DNA of 64,000 nt from Clostridia bacterium. GTDB lineage: Bacteria > Bacillota > Clostridia > JAAYHZ01. The DNA is taken from the NCBI GenBank assembly GCA_050950825.1, contig JBMNIH010000006.1:256001-320000 (forward strand), written 5' to 3'. The translations under genes were made by a program, and so were the position numbers. The notes under the pieces are model-generated. The model saw only the letters and a list, made by a program, of their open reading frames with translations. It had not been told where the DNA came from and did no database searches. Positions 9,787 to 19,866 of the stretch are shown piece by piece; position 1 is the stretch's first letter, and each line of letters begins with the position of its first letter.

Positions 9787-11392
9787 CGTAAATTCGCAAA
9801 GTAAGTTCTACAGTGGACAAGGCGGTGGAACTTTATTTAATAGGAAAAGTGGTATAGAATTTAACATGAGGAGTTTCTTGCCGGAAAGGGGCAAGTAAAA
9901 TGGCAAAATCGAATCCCAAAAAAAATAAGCACATGGATTTAAATGATCGTATCGAAATCCAATCATGTTTGAATCATGGAATGACCTTTAAGGCGATAGC
10001 AAAGCAAATCGGTAAGGACCAGACCACCGTCTCCAAGGAGGTAAAGAAACATATTACTGTAACCGCCGATCAGCCGGTCAAGATAACCGATAGTAAGGGT
10101 ACACCCATTGTAAAGCCACCATGCCCGCAACTCATAAAAGCTCCATTCGTCTGTAACGGGTGTAAAAAGAGGCATGCACGTTGCGGACATCAAAAGCAAT
10201 TATACCTTGCCAAAAATGCTCAAGCGGACTATGAAAAGCTTCTTTCGGAATCACGCGAAGGTATTCCTTTAAGCAAAGAGACGTTTTATGAAAATGATCG
10301 CATTATCTCGGAAGGCATAAAAAAAGGTCAACATCTGTATCATATTATACAGACGAATAACCTCGGGGTTTCGCAAGCTACCGTCTACAGGCATCTGCAC
10401 AAAGGATATCTGTCGGTATGCAAAATGGATTTCCCGAGGGTGGTCAAGTTTAAAGATCGCAAGCAATACCGTGGAGATTCCATACCTAAAGCAGCAAAAA
10501 TCGGCCGGACCTACGATGATTTCCTTCTGTATATTGAACAAGAAAACATTATGTCTTGGGTAGAGATGGATACTGTAATTGGTCGTATTGGCGGGAAAGT
10601 CATTCTGACATTTGACTTTACTTTTTGTAATTTCATGTTCGGGTTGTTGCTAGACGGTAGAACAGCGGCTGAAGTTACTCAAAAAGTGAGTTTACTGAAA
10701 GAAACATTATTCAATAACAATTTACGTTTTGGAGACATTTTCCCGCTTCTCGTAACCGACAACGGCGGTGAATTTGCCAATATATCTGCTTTTACTACCG
10801 ATACGAGCGGTGAAATCGAATCGGCTCTATATTTTTGTGACAGTAATCAAGCCTGCCAAAAACCTCGGGTTGAAAAAAATCACACCTTGTTTAGGGATAT
10901 AGTTCCGAAAGGAGAATCTTTCGACCATTTTACACAGGAAACTGTCAATTTGATTTTTTCTCATGTCAACTGTGTTAAGCGAAAAATCTTTAACGGGAAA
11001 TCACCATATGAGATATTTGCTTTCACATATGGCGAAAAAATAGCTTCAATTTTGGGGATATCATACATCCCGGATAAAGATGTAATTCAATCCCCAAAAC
11101 TACTAAAAACTCACAAGTGAGATTATATCATATACAAAATTAACTATCAATTTAATGCAAGAAATTCCTCAAACTAAAATCCTAATAACCGGAATTTAAT
11201 TTGAAAAGCTTGTTTTTCGGATTATTTGCTATACTCTTTTTTTCTTTATCGCTAGATGAAAAATCCTGTATTTATCGTGTTTCTATTATTTGTATATACT
11301 TTTCTCACAATAAATTCACATGCTATTTAAGTCCGTTTCTAATACTAACTTCTCCTGTGTCTCCACTGTAGAACTTACTTTGCGAATTTACG
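9787..11392 (+). mobile_element. Complete IS30-family insertion sequence (1606 bp)
   Basis: Perfect 31-bp terminal inverted repeats (9787-9817 cgtaaattcgcaaagtaagttctacagtgga; 11362-11392 is its reverse complement), flanked by the 13-bp direct repeat attcctttccaaa (9774-9786 and 11393-11405). One transposase inside. Confidence 0.93.
9900..11120 (+). CDS. IS30 family DDE transposase
   Basis: N-terminal HTH (FKAIAKQIGKDQTTVSKEV), Cys-rich insert (CPQLIKAPFVCNGC...C), DDE motifs VEMDTV, TDNGGEF and QKPRVEKNH. Confidence 0.92.
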   Translation: MAKSNPKKNKHMDLNDRIEIQSCLNHGMTFKAIAKQIGKDQTTVSKEVKKHITVTADQPVKITDSKGTPIVKPPCPQLIKAPFVCNGCKKRHARCGHQKQLYLAKNAQADYEKLLSESREGIPLSKETFYENDRIISEGIKKGQHLYHIIQTNNLGVSQATVYRHLHKGYLSVCKMDFPRVVKFKDRKQYRGDSIPKAAKIGRTYDDFLLYIEQENIMSWVEMDTVIGRIGGKVILTFDFTFCNFMFGLLLDGRTAAEVTQKVSLLKETLFNNNLRFGDIFPLLVTDNGGEFANISAFTTDTSGEIESALYFCDSNQACQKPRVEKNHTLFRDIVPKGESFDHFTQETVNLIFSHVNCVKRKIFNGKSPYEIFAFTYGEKIASILGISYIPDKDVIQSPKLLKTHK

Positions 11393-11498
11393 ATTCCTTT
11401 CCAAATTAAATTCCGGCTTCTTTCTCACGGCAAATCGACCGCGAAAAAGGCCGGAAAAGGAAAAAACCATTTTTATCCATTGAAAGCGTTTTATGCAT

Positions 11499-11957
11499 CT
11501 ATCGAATGTCCTTGCCTTTGTACTCTTCAATCCAAAAAGGATAGTATTCGTTATCGAGAATCGTTCCGTCGGAAAAGGTAACGCTTTTAACGCATGCAAT
11601 TCCTTGGCATAAGGCGGGATCAAAATCATATTTATTGGCATTCAGCCTTGAAACCGTATGCAAATCCACGGTTACCGTCCCCGTCTTATTAGGACCAATT
11701 TTCACATTATTGAAAACGCTTTCGATTGCATGGGAGAAGCTTTCCGTTTGATCGGCACGACCGGTCACATTTACCTCGCAAGGCTTGTTGTCGGAATTGT
11801 AATGCAAAACCGCCAAGGTTACCGCCAAAATATCGGAAGACGAATTGTTTTTATTCGTTACATGTAGCTGCCCCTTGAAGTTGAAGATACCTGCACTCCA
11901 TCGGTAGACGGATTGCACCGCTTCAACCGTTTGATTCGCTTTCGCGTATGCTTTCAT
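11499..11957 (-). CDS. Hypothetical beta-rich domain (DUF5780-like); possibly the frameshifted C-terminus of 11954..12913
   Basis: VTNKNNSS..ILAVTLAVLHYNSDNKP and IACVKSVTFSDGTILDNEYYPFWIEEYKGK resemble DUF5780 as recalled. ATGA overlap with the upstream ORF. Confidence 0.5.
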   Translation of the reverse strand: MKAYAKANQTVEAVQSVYRWSAGIFNFKGQLHVTNKNNSSSDILAVTLAVLHYNSDNKPCEVNVTGRADQTESFSHAIESVFNNVKIGPNKTGTVTVDLHTVSRLNANKYDFDPALCQGIACVKSVTFSDGTILDNEYYPFWIEEYKGKDIR

Positions 11958-12913
11958 TTTACGTAAATCTCCTCGATTTTTTTGGTATAGTCCTGCTCCT
12001 CGTTTATTTCTTTATTAATCCCCGACACGATATCCAAGGCGTCTTGGTACCGATTCTCCGATACCAGTCGGTCCGCTTCGGCAATTCTTGTTTCCTTGTG
12101 CAACTCCTTGTAATGCAGGATTAGCTTGATAAACTCCGGATCGTTATTAAACTCCGACAATCCCGACTCCAACAAGTAAATTGCTTCCATGTACCGTTTT
12201 TCATCCGCCTTCTTTTTCGCGGAAATGACCAGCTCGTCCCGTTTTTGATTGACGATGGCTTGCTCGCTGGCCTTCAGGGCGGCGGATACATCAACATCAT
12301 TGGTGAGAATTTCAAGAGCATTTACAAGCAACGCCCGTTCCTGAATAAACTCTTCCGCCGTATGAAGCTCGGCGGCTTGTTTCAAAACCGCTTCCTTGTA
12401 AAGCGCCATGGATTCGGCGATCCTTTTTTGAGTCTGCCCGTAGTTTAAATCCTTTAAAATCACTTTTTTGTATTCGGATATCGCTTTTTCATACAGGCCT
12501 TCTTGAAAAAACAGCTCTCCGCTTGAAAAAGCGATTCGGGATTCGTTCAGCTCTTCCACCGCGGCTCTGGCATTTTCGATCTCATCACCTGTCAAAATGT
12601 ACATATCTTCGATGCTTTTTAAGGCAAGAAACACCGTCGTATAACTGATATTATCGTTTATATAATTGTTAACAATCTCGTCCACCTTCGATGACAAGAA
12701 TTCATAGGCTTCCAACAGGTCTTCCGGGTCGTTTAGCTCTTCATTGTACACCCGAATGGCTTTTGCGTAATCTCCCGTCGTTATGCTCCATTTGAAATTG
12801 GACAAAGGATGCTTTGAATAAAGAAGATATAAAAAGGCCATAACAACCAAAATCAAAAGAAAAACCAATATGAAAACGGTTCCAATAGAGCTTTTTTTCT
12901 TATTTCCTACCAC
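11954..12913 (-). CDS. Membrane-anchored TPR-like helical repeat protein
   Basis: N-terminal TM helix after KKK; TPR-like segments (GDYAKAIRVY, GLYEKAISEYKKV, KRYMEAIYLL, NRYQDALDIV). Confidence 0.6.
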   Translation of the reverse strand: MVGNKKKSSIGTVFILVFLLILVVMAFLYLLYSKHPLSNFKWSITTGDYAKAIRVYNEELNDPEDLLEAYEFLSSKVDEIVNNYINDNISYTTVFLALKSIEDMYILTGDEIENARAAVEELNESRIAFSSGELFFQEGLYEKAISEYKKVILKDLNYGQTQKRIAESMALYKEAVLKQAAELHTAEEFIQERALLVNALEILTNDVDVSAALKASEQAIVNQKRDELVISAKKKADEKRYMEAIYLLESGLSEFNNDPEFIKLILHYKELHKETRIAEADRLVSENRYQDALDIVSGINKEINEEQDYTKKIEEIYVK

Positions 12914-13022
12914 GCCAATCGAGCCTCCCCCGGTCGGTATTGCACCGTCGTTATTTTGATTTGGATATTCTTGTTATCCGCCATAACCGAACCATCGAAT
13001 CCAAACTGCCGTTTGGAAAGTC

Positions 13023-14162
13023 CTATCCGATAAATTCGCCGTTTTTCCACTTTCCGCTGTATATAACCGTCCCTTCGATATCGTATAAAGAGCCTTTTCC
13101 GTCGTACACGCCGTTTGAAAAACCGCCCTCGTATTTTAATTTTTCGTTATCGTGATAAAGCTTTCCTTTTCCGTCGTATATACCGTTTTTGACATTCCCT
13201 TCATACAAAAGAACTCCTTGTTCGCTGTATTCCCGTAAAAATCCATTGATGCCATATGAACCGAATAAAGGATCGCTGTATGTACCTTCTCTTTTCAGGC
13301 CGCCGTTTTCGTAATATTCCTTAAAGTCCCCCATCGGCCTTCCGTCTTTGTATTTTCCTTCGAACATTTTGTTGCCGTTTTTGTAAAAGGATACGTAGTC
13401 ACCGTGGAGCGCTCCTTTTTTGTAGCTTCCGATAACCTTTACTTTTTTGTCCGCTCCAAAGTAGTATTCCGTATACTTTCCGTCGAAAACATCCTCTTTG
13501 AATTCGGCAACGCATTTTACGTAGCCGTTGCCAAAGAAAAGGGTTCCTTGTCCGTTCTTTTTTCCGTTCAACAAGCCCCCTTCGTAGTACTTGGTTCCCG
13601 TCTTGAGATAGTAAACCGTTGTCCGTTCCTCCACGGATGCGGAAGATATGTCGCCGTTAAAATAGATACCGTTGTTTTTATCCGATACAAGTGTTTCGTC
13701 GTAAACGAATCGGCTGTTTATATCCACGAAATCGGGCATATGATCAACCTTGGTCAATATTCTTCCTTGGCCGTTTAAGTCTAACGTACCGTTTTCCAAG
13801 GTATAGTGGTAATTCCAATTGCCGACGGTTAATATTTTTTCATTTTGAATCACTTGAAGGTCCCAGTCCGAAAAATAGGAGGCGATTTTATCGGAAATTA
13901 AAACATCCTTTTCCCGAAAAGTCATGGCTTCCCCGTAGCCTTCCCATGAACCGAGCAGCGTCTTTTTGTCTTCTTCCGCCTCTTTATAGATTTTCACCGC
14001 CATTTCGGATGACACGGTAACGTTCCCTTCCGTACCGCCGCTTACAAAAGGAGGCGGCACGTTTTTACCTTGGTTCATGACTTTATCCGCGATCCTACAG
14101 CTTGACAGCAAAAATCCGATCAGGATGACGGCTGCGATCGTTACAAGAAATTTCAACCTCAT
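13023..14162 (-). CDS. Lipoprotein with MORN-variant (YwqK-like) repeats
   Basis: Lipobox LSSC at residues 19-22; repeated G-x-x-x-x-Y-Y-x-N-G units (GDYVSFYKNGNKMFEG, GDFKEYYENGGLKREG, GKGKLYHDNEKLKYEG). Confidence 0.75.
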   Translation of the reverse strand: MRLKFLVTIAAVILIGFLLSSCRIADKVMNQGKNVPPPFVSGGTEGNVTVSSEMAVKIYKEAEEDKKTLLGSWEGYGEAMTFREKDVLISDKIASYFSDWDLQVIQNEKILTVGNWNYHYTLENGTLDLNGQGRILTKVDHMPDFVDINSRFVYDETLVSDKNNGIYFNGDISSASVEERTTVYYLKTGTKYYEGGLLNGKKNGQGTLFFGNGYVKCVAEFKEDVFDGKYTEYYFGADKKVKVIGSYKKGALHGDYVSFYKNGNKMFEGKYKDGRPMGDFKEYYENGGLKREGTYSDPLFGSYGINGFLREYSEQGVLLYEGNVKNGIYDGKGKLYHDNEKLKYEGGFSNGVYDGKGSLYDIEGTVIYSGKWKNGEFIG

Positions 14163-14192
14163 GCTCTTCTCCTCGACTTCGTTGTTTTTTGT

Positions 14193-14751
14193 TTAATTCA
14201 AAAACTCCACGGTAAATCGTAAATTCTTGTACTCGTTCTGATATCTTGAAACGATTTTTTGGTAATCCTCTTTCGTCTGATCTATAATCTCGTCTTTCAA
14301 TTTTTCTTCCAAAAGAATTTTCTGCTCGTTGATAATGTTCACAAACTCGTCGGGAGAAATCTTGTTAAACAACCGATTGATCACGTGATCTTCCACGACT
14401 TTCACGTCATGGCTGACGATTTTCGGCTTGCCTACTCGAATTCGAAATTCGTCCTCCCTTTTTGCCACGTTGATAATTTCGGAGCCGGCAATGATTTCCC
14501 CGTTTACTTTGATTAAAACCCGAGCTTCTTTACCCATTTTTGTCTTTTCCGTGCGGGTAATGATCTCCTCGTAGACGTATTTGGTGCTGCAAAAAACCAA
14601 GGAGGTCTCCAAGGAATCCTTGATTTCCATATAGGCTTTTTCGATGGTGGCCATTTTGTAAAAGTAGATAGCCGCAATAACGGCAGCGAGCAAAACGACA
14701 ATGAGAATAGCAATACCGATTGAACAATAAGGTTTTTTTACATTTTGTCAT
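14193..14751 (-). CDS. DUF4230-like membrane-anchored protein with an apparent frameshift near the 5' end
   Basis: Main frame has IGIAILIVVLLAAVIAAIYFY (TM helix), then LIKVNGEIIAG and KPKIVSHDV. An in-frame TGA lies upstream and the ATG at 14751 is one base out of frame. Confidence 0.55.
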
Positions 14752-14813
14752 TCATTTTTGATTTTTGTAATTGCTGCCGGAAAATCAAACTCCTTTATTC
14801 AAAGGTTGAATGT

Positions 14814-15380
14814 TCAAAGTTTTTCAATAAGAATGGGAATGGGCGGATCGTTGATTCGATTATGAAAATCCAGCTTCAGCACCGTGTATCTATTCGAATC
14901 GATTCCTGATAAATATGCCAAAACCTTGTCTTTTTCTTCGTAGCCGGTATCTTTTCCGTAGTAAATGATAACCGTAATCAGCCCGCCCTGCTTTAAAAGC
15001 TCCATGGCTTTGGATAGAGCGGTTACGGTGTTTTCCCAATTTGTCATTACTTTATGATCGCTGCCCGGTAAATACCCTAAATTAAACATGGCACAGGCAA
15101 TAGGGCCTTCTACAAATCGATCCATGTACTGATGCCCTTCGTTGATAAGGATGACGTTTTCCAAAAGTCCGTTCTCCCGCAAACGGTCTTTTGTTGTTTC
15201 GATGGCCTGCGATTGAACATCAAAAGCGTATACTTTGCCTTCCTCTCCCACCAAGCGGGCAAGGAATACGGTATCGTAGCCGTTTCCGCAGGTAGCGTCA
15301 ACAACCGTATCTCCTTTTTCAACCACGTTTTTGAGTATGTCTTGAACCATATAAACCGGATTTTTTATAAGCCTTTGCAT
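14814..15380 (-). CDS. mnmM: Class I SAM methyltransferase, YtqB/MnmM family
   Basis: VVDATCGNGYDT, VYAFDVQ, MFNLGYLPGSD and PPIPILIEK motifs. Start at MQRLIKNP after AGGAG. Confidence 0.75.
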   Translation of the reverse strand: MQRLIKNPVYMVQDILKNVVEKGDTVVDATCGNGYDTVFLARLVGEEGKVYAFDVQSQAIETTKDRLRENGLLENVILINEGHQYMDRFVEGPIACAMFNLGYLPGSDHKVMTNWENTVTALSKAMELLKQGGLITVIIYYGKDTGYEEKDKVLAYLSGIDSNRYTVLKLDFHNRINDPPIPILIEKL

Positions 15381-15420
15381 GTTCTTGATACTCCTATCTT
15401 TTTCTCTTTTTTTGCAAAAT

Positions 15421-15456
15421 GAAAGCTTCACTTATGAGCGCACAAGTGAAGCTTTC
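15421..15456. terminator. Stem-loop after the Gfo/Idh/MocA gene
   Basis: gaaagcttcactt ... aagtgaagctttc, a 13-bp perfect stem. Confidence 0.65.
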
Positions 15457-15476
15457 GTAAGGATCAAACGATTATT

Positions 15477-16521
15477 TTACAGCTCCATAACTTTTCCTGT
15501 TTTGCTTGATTCGTAAGCCTTTTCAACAACTTCCTGAATCTGAATACCGTCTTCCGCAGGAACTTCCAACGGCGTTCCGTTTAAAATGGAGTTGGAGAAG
15601 GATTCGATTTCCTTGGTGTACATGTTACCTAAGGTTACGTTCAATTCGATGGGTTTTACGTCCACGCGATTCTGCTGTGCATCGTAGCCTAACGTATCGT
15701 CGGAAATAACGACTTCCACTTTTCCGCCTTCAACTTGACCGATGGTTCCTTCGGCCAAGATGCTTCCCTTGGTTCCGTAGATTTCCATGCGGCCCTTAGC
15801 GGCTGCGTCGGGAATATTAAAGTAAGCATCGATGTATACGTTTGCTCCGTTTTCCAGTTGGACAATAACGGATGCACTGTCTTCCACTTCGTATTTGAAG
15901 GTCTTTGTATCCGTAAAGCCTACCACTTTTTTCGCTTTGCTTCCGACGATGTATTGAATCAAATCCAAGCAGTGAACGCCCATGTCCATCATAGCTCCGC
16001 CGCCGGATGTGGCGAATTGCTGTCTCCAAGCGCCGGGGATATCAGGATACCAGCAGGTCAGCTGCGCTCTGCAGGATACGATTTGTCCGAGCTTGCCTTC
16101 GGAAACCAGCTTTTTCATTTCCTGATGATAAGCATGGAATCTCATCATAAACCCGGGTAGCGATTAAAACGTTGTTTTTCTTGCAAAGCTCAACCAATTC
16201 CTTTCCGTCTTCCACCGAGAAAGCAACCGGTTTTTCCACAAGAATGTGCTTTTTGGCGTTTGCCGCTTTGATAACTTGTTCTTTGTGGTAAATCACAGGA
16301 GAAGCAATGTAAACCGCTTGCACTTCCTCATCGGCAAGCAAATCGTCCACATTGTCGTACGCTCTTTTTGCATTGTATTTTGCTCTGATTTTTTCGGCCA
16401 ATTCCTTATTGACTTCCATTACCGCTACCAGCTCTGCATTTTTCGCAAGCATCATACCGGGAATGGTTCTTCTGTCTGCAATTCCGCCTGCGCCGATAAC
16501 GCCCCATTTCACTTTACTCAT
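15477..16521 (-). pseudogene. Gfo/Idh/MocA family oxidoreductase split by a +1 frameshift (likely sequencing error)
   Basis: N-half 16042..16521 (GVIGAGGIA, HILVEKP); C-half 15477..16148 (GGGAMMDMGVH). Removing one base at 16155-16157 gives ...LIATGFMMRFH..., a 347-aa protein. Confidence 0.85.
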
Positions 16522-16559
16522 AATTAACCTCCGCTTTTCAATAATTCAAACAACCGAAC

Positions 16560-17510
16560 TTAATTGCACTCCGCTACCAGAGGGCCTGCCAATTCTTCTA
16601 AGAAGAACAATTTTCCGGGTAAGGTAGGCATGAATGTAGAGGGTACCCACATGTCGGGACCGTAGCGCAGCGTCATCCACAAGGACATACCTTGCCATTG
16701 CATTCCTCTTCCCAATACACCGTCGCAACCGCCGATTATACGATCCGATTGCAGGAACAATCCCGGTCCGATGGTATTGGCTCTGCAGGGAACCAACATG
16801 GTATTGGACTTAAAGCTGGTGATGGCATTTTGCTCAATGGTAAGAGGATGCAGCTGAGCCGCTATACGATAGGGCTGCTTCTTCCATTCTTCTACGGAAT
16901 CGAACTCGGCCGCAAAATGCGGTTCCCAGAACGCGATATGGCACACTCTGCCGATACCGAATACGGTGATCAAGCGAGCGCCTTCCGCTCTTAATTTGGC
17001 GATTTTCTCGGGATAAGTAGGCAAATTGTTTTTCGTTGCAAAATTACGCCGGCATTCGGGAACGGTTAATTCGCCTAAAGGTCCGTAGAAAGCTTGCTTC
17101 ATGGCATTTTCAAAGGCTCCGGGATTCGAAGGTTCCAGCGTGTTTCCTTCGCTGTCGCTCCACTCGTCCATGTTGAAGCCGTATACGTGCTTACAGTCTA
17201 CATTCCATTCCTTCAAGAAGTAGACCGCCCAACGATACATACCCATGGGACCTACCGGTAAAATCAAAACCAGCTTTTTGCCTTCGTCTCTTGCCTTGCG
17301 GATTTCATTGGCGATTTCATGACCCATCATCATGTCAAAATCGCCTAAAGATGCGCATTTGACCGGCGTAAAATCTTTATTCCAGTAAGGCTGCCGATCG
17401 GTAACGGTTTCAGGAGCATTGGAGACACATTGAAGGATTTTTTCAAAGTCCCATCCGGCAGGATAAAAACGTTCCAACATAGAACCCTTAACGGTATCGA
17501 TAAAATTCAT
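16560..17510 (-). CDS. Divergent glucosamine-6-phosphate deaminase/isomerase (NagB-like)
   Basis: [17 protein letters not shown] and [13 protein letters not shown] align with NagB motifs. Confidence 0.75.
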   Translation of the reverse strand: MNFIDTVKGSMLERFYPAGWDFEKILQCVSNAPETVTDRQPYWNKDFTPVKCASLGDFDMMMGHEIANEIRKARDEGKKLVLILPVGPMGMYRWAVYFLKEWNVDCKHVYGFNMDEWSDSEGNTLEPSNPGAFENAMKQAFYGPLGELTVPECRRNFATKNNLPTYPEKIAKLRAEGARLITVFGIGRVCHIAFWEPHFAAEFDSVEEWKKQPYRIAAQLHPLTIEQNAITSFKSNTMLVPCRANTIGPGLFLQSDRIIGGCDGVLGRGMQWQGMSLWMTLRYGPDMWVPSTFMPTLPGKLFFLEELAGPLVAECN

Positions 17511-17598
17511 GACATACTCCTCCTATTTATTTTCTTTTTCCATCCATATTATACATGCTCTAAATTAATTAATCTAGTGGAATAATTATTTTTGCCTT

Positions 17599-18306
17599 TT
17601 AGGGCAATAATCTTACGGTCGGAATTCGAGGCCATGTTGCGCAGTAGCGAAAGCCTTCCGCATAAGGAACGCTGCACTGCAATCCTCTGAACTTCGAACA
17701 GGTACGAACAAAATCCAGAAAATCGATATGGTCATGTTCTTTCATCCATTTGATCTGGCTGACATGGCAATCCAATGCTTGGAGCTTGATTTCAATGGTC
17801 TCGGATATATCCACGTATTCCGTAGGAAGGAAATTGACTCCGGCTAAGGTATCCATGTAATAGACGGGGCATATCTTCCCGTAGGCTTCGTGCTCGGTAA
17901 ACATATGGGGAATGCTGGAGCAGAAAGATGCGTTAAAAACGATTTTTCCCGTTTCCACATGGTCCGTCATATAATCGTCGGGGCCGTGGGTAATGATAAC
18001 GTCCGGTCTGACGTAGCGAATCAAGTCCACAACCTTTTTTACCGTTTCCATATTGGTGGAATCCACTTCCAAATCGTTTACATCTATATTGAAAACCTCT
18101 TTAACCCCCAAAACGGCACCGGCTTCTTCCGCTTCTTTCGTACGGATTCTTCGAAGCTCGTCGGGCATGATGATCGCATGTCCCATGTTTCCGTTTGCCA
18201 CATGGCATGAGAACACTTCATGTCCTAACTTGGCATATTTCGCCAAGGTTCCGCCGCAGCCGATTTCAATGTCATCGGGATGACAACCAATTGCTAAAAC
18301 TCTCAT
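17599..18306 (-). CDS. PIG-L/LmbE family N-acetylglucosaminyl deacetylase
   Basis: HPDD metal motif, IITHGPDDYMTDH, HVSQ and AEGF motifs. Confidence 0.88.
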   Translation of the reverse strand: MRVLAIGCHPDDIEIGCGGTLAKYAKLGHEVFSCHVANGNMGHAIIMPDELRRIRTKEAEEAGAVLGVKEVFNIDVNDLEVDSTNMETVKKVVDLIRYVRPDVIITHGPDDYMTDHVETGKIVFNASFCSSIPHMFTEHEAYGKICPVYYMDTLAGVNFLPTEYVDISETIEIKLQALDCHVSQIKWMKEHDHIDFLDFVRTCSKFRGLQCSVPYAEGFRYCATWPRIPTVRLLP

Positions 18307-18372
18307 AACCTATTTCGCCATTTATATTGAAAATGGCAAAACCTCCTTTCAAAGTGTTGTTGTATGTTTAAG

Positions 18373-19647
18373 TTATCGATCAATGACAAAAGCACCGTAT
18401 CGGAAAGCCGTTTCGACCAAGTTCCGGTCTTTGTCGGTAATCACTCCGGCTCGACCGCGATACAAAGACAAAAGACGGTCCAATAAATCCTTCCGCTTCA
18501 CATGAAAAACAAGGGGTTTATTCGAATATCCTTGATAGATATCAAAAGAACGACACACTTGCTCGATGTTTAAGCTCTCTCCTCCCCGAAACAAAATAAC
18601 GTCGGTATCTTCATCCCTTGCGTCCATCGCCAAGGTCATCAAATCGAAAAGATCTCCTTTTTCGAAGGTGTCGTCTACATTCAATTCGGTAAAGCTGCAT
18701 TTTTCAAAATTATCGATCTTTACAACGGAGCTTAAAGACGCGATTTCGCAAGTTTCCGTATACACATTAACATACGGTTTTACGCCTTTAAATCTTTTCT
18801 TCAATTCCGCAACAAACGAAGGCGTGGTACCGCAGCATCCCCCGATTAAGGAAGCTCCGTAAGGAAGGAATTCCTCGCAAAGTCGGGCGAACTCCTCCGG
18901 GGATTGATCATAAACCGCCCGGCCGTGTTCGTAACAGGGAATTCCTGCATTGGGTTTTACGCTTAAAGGCCCTCCTGCTCGGTTCATTTCCTTTACGATA
19001 TCAAGCATGTGACCGGGACCGAAGGAACAGTTGGTACCGACCAGGTCGCAGCCTAAGGATTTGAGAATTAATGCCGCGGTATACGGGGATGTTCCCATTA
19101 AGGTTCTTTTGTTTTCCTCAAAAGCGACGCTTGCTATCACCGGCATGTCTTTTTTTACGTCTTTTAATGCAAGAACGGCGATGCGCAATTCGGCAACGTC
19201 GGTAAAGGTTTCGAAATTAACCGCATCGACACCTCCCTCTACGAGAGGGATCATTTGTTCTTTGAACAATTCGTAAGCTTCGTCATGGGTCAAATCTCCG
19301 GAGGGCGTCATCATTCGTCCGATGGGGCCCACGGAAGCGGCCACATAACCGTCTTTCCCCATGACCTCCTTCGCCGTTTTTGCCGCCGTATAATTAATTT
19401 CGTATACTTGATCGGCATACCCGTGCTTCATCAGATGATACCGCGTGCCTTGGAAGGTGTTCGTTTGAATAACGTCGCTTCCCGCTTCTTTATATTTTCG
19501 ATACAGCTCTCTTACCGTCCGGCTTTGGGTTATGTTCCAAACTTCGGCACTTTCACCGCCGGATAATCCTTCTTGCTGAAGCATATATCCTTTCGAGCCG
19601 TCGAAGGTAAGAACGTTCTCTTTTATTTTGTCTATAAAGCTTTCCAT
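18373..19647 (-). CDS. Homocysteine S-methyltransferase family protein (MetH N-terminal domain plus degenerate C-terminal fragment)
   Basis: FDGSKG, EAGSDVIQTNTF, FETFTD, GTNCS and GGCCGT (Zn-binding Cys triad). Confidence 0.85.
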   Translation of the reverse strand: MESFIDKIKENVLTFDGSKGYMLQQEGLSGGESAEVWNITQSRTVRELYRKYKEAGSDVIQTNTFQGTRYHLMKHGYADQVYEINYTAAKTAKEVMGKDGYVAASVGPIGRMMTPSGDLTHDEAYELFKEQMIPLVEGGVDAVNFETFTDVAELRIAVLALKDVKKDMPVIASVAFEENKRTLMGTSPYTAALILKSLGCDLVGTNCSFGPGHMLDIVKEMNRAGGPLSVKPNAGIPCYEHGRAVYDQSPEEFARLCEEFLPYGASLIGGCCGTTPSFVAELKKRFKGVKPYVNVYTETCEIASLSSVVKIDNFEKCSFTELNVDDTFEKGDLFDLMTLAMDARDEDTDVILFRGGESLNIEQVCRSFDIYQGYSNKPLVFHVKRKDLLDRLLSLYRGRAGVITDKDRNLVETAFRYGAFVIDR

Positions 19648-19775
19648 GGTAATATCGTGTAACCCTTTTCTTTATTAAAAATATGTTCCGTATCCATTAT
19701 ATCATAGATTTGAAGATAAAAGATGTACAAGTTACCGATATTGGATGAAGGGTATGCGAAAGGTTGCGGCAGCAT

Positions 19776-19801
19776 AAAAAACTCCTCTCGATAGAGAGGA
19801 G
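19776..19801 (-). terminator. Intrinsic terminator downstream of yneA
   Basis: Minus strand ctcctctc-tatc-gagaggag followed by a T6 run. Confidence 0.75.
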
Positions 19802-19866
19802 CTCGAATTCTTTTGTCTTTTTGGCATTTGAATCATTTTTACCAAGGGATAACGAGGGGAAAAGAT

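Noticed and set aside
19648-19866. SAM riboswitch upstream of the homocysteine methyltransferase
   Set aside because: No S-box core found; the only hairpin is the yneA terminator, and an extended -10 lies close to the start codon.
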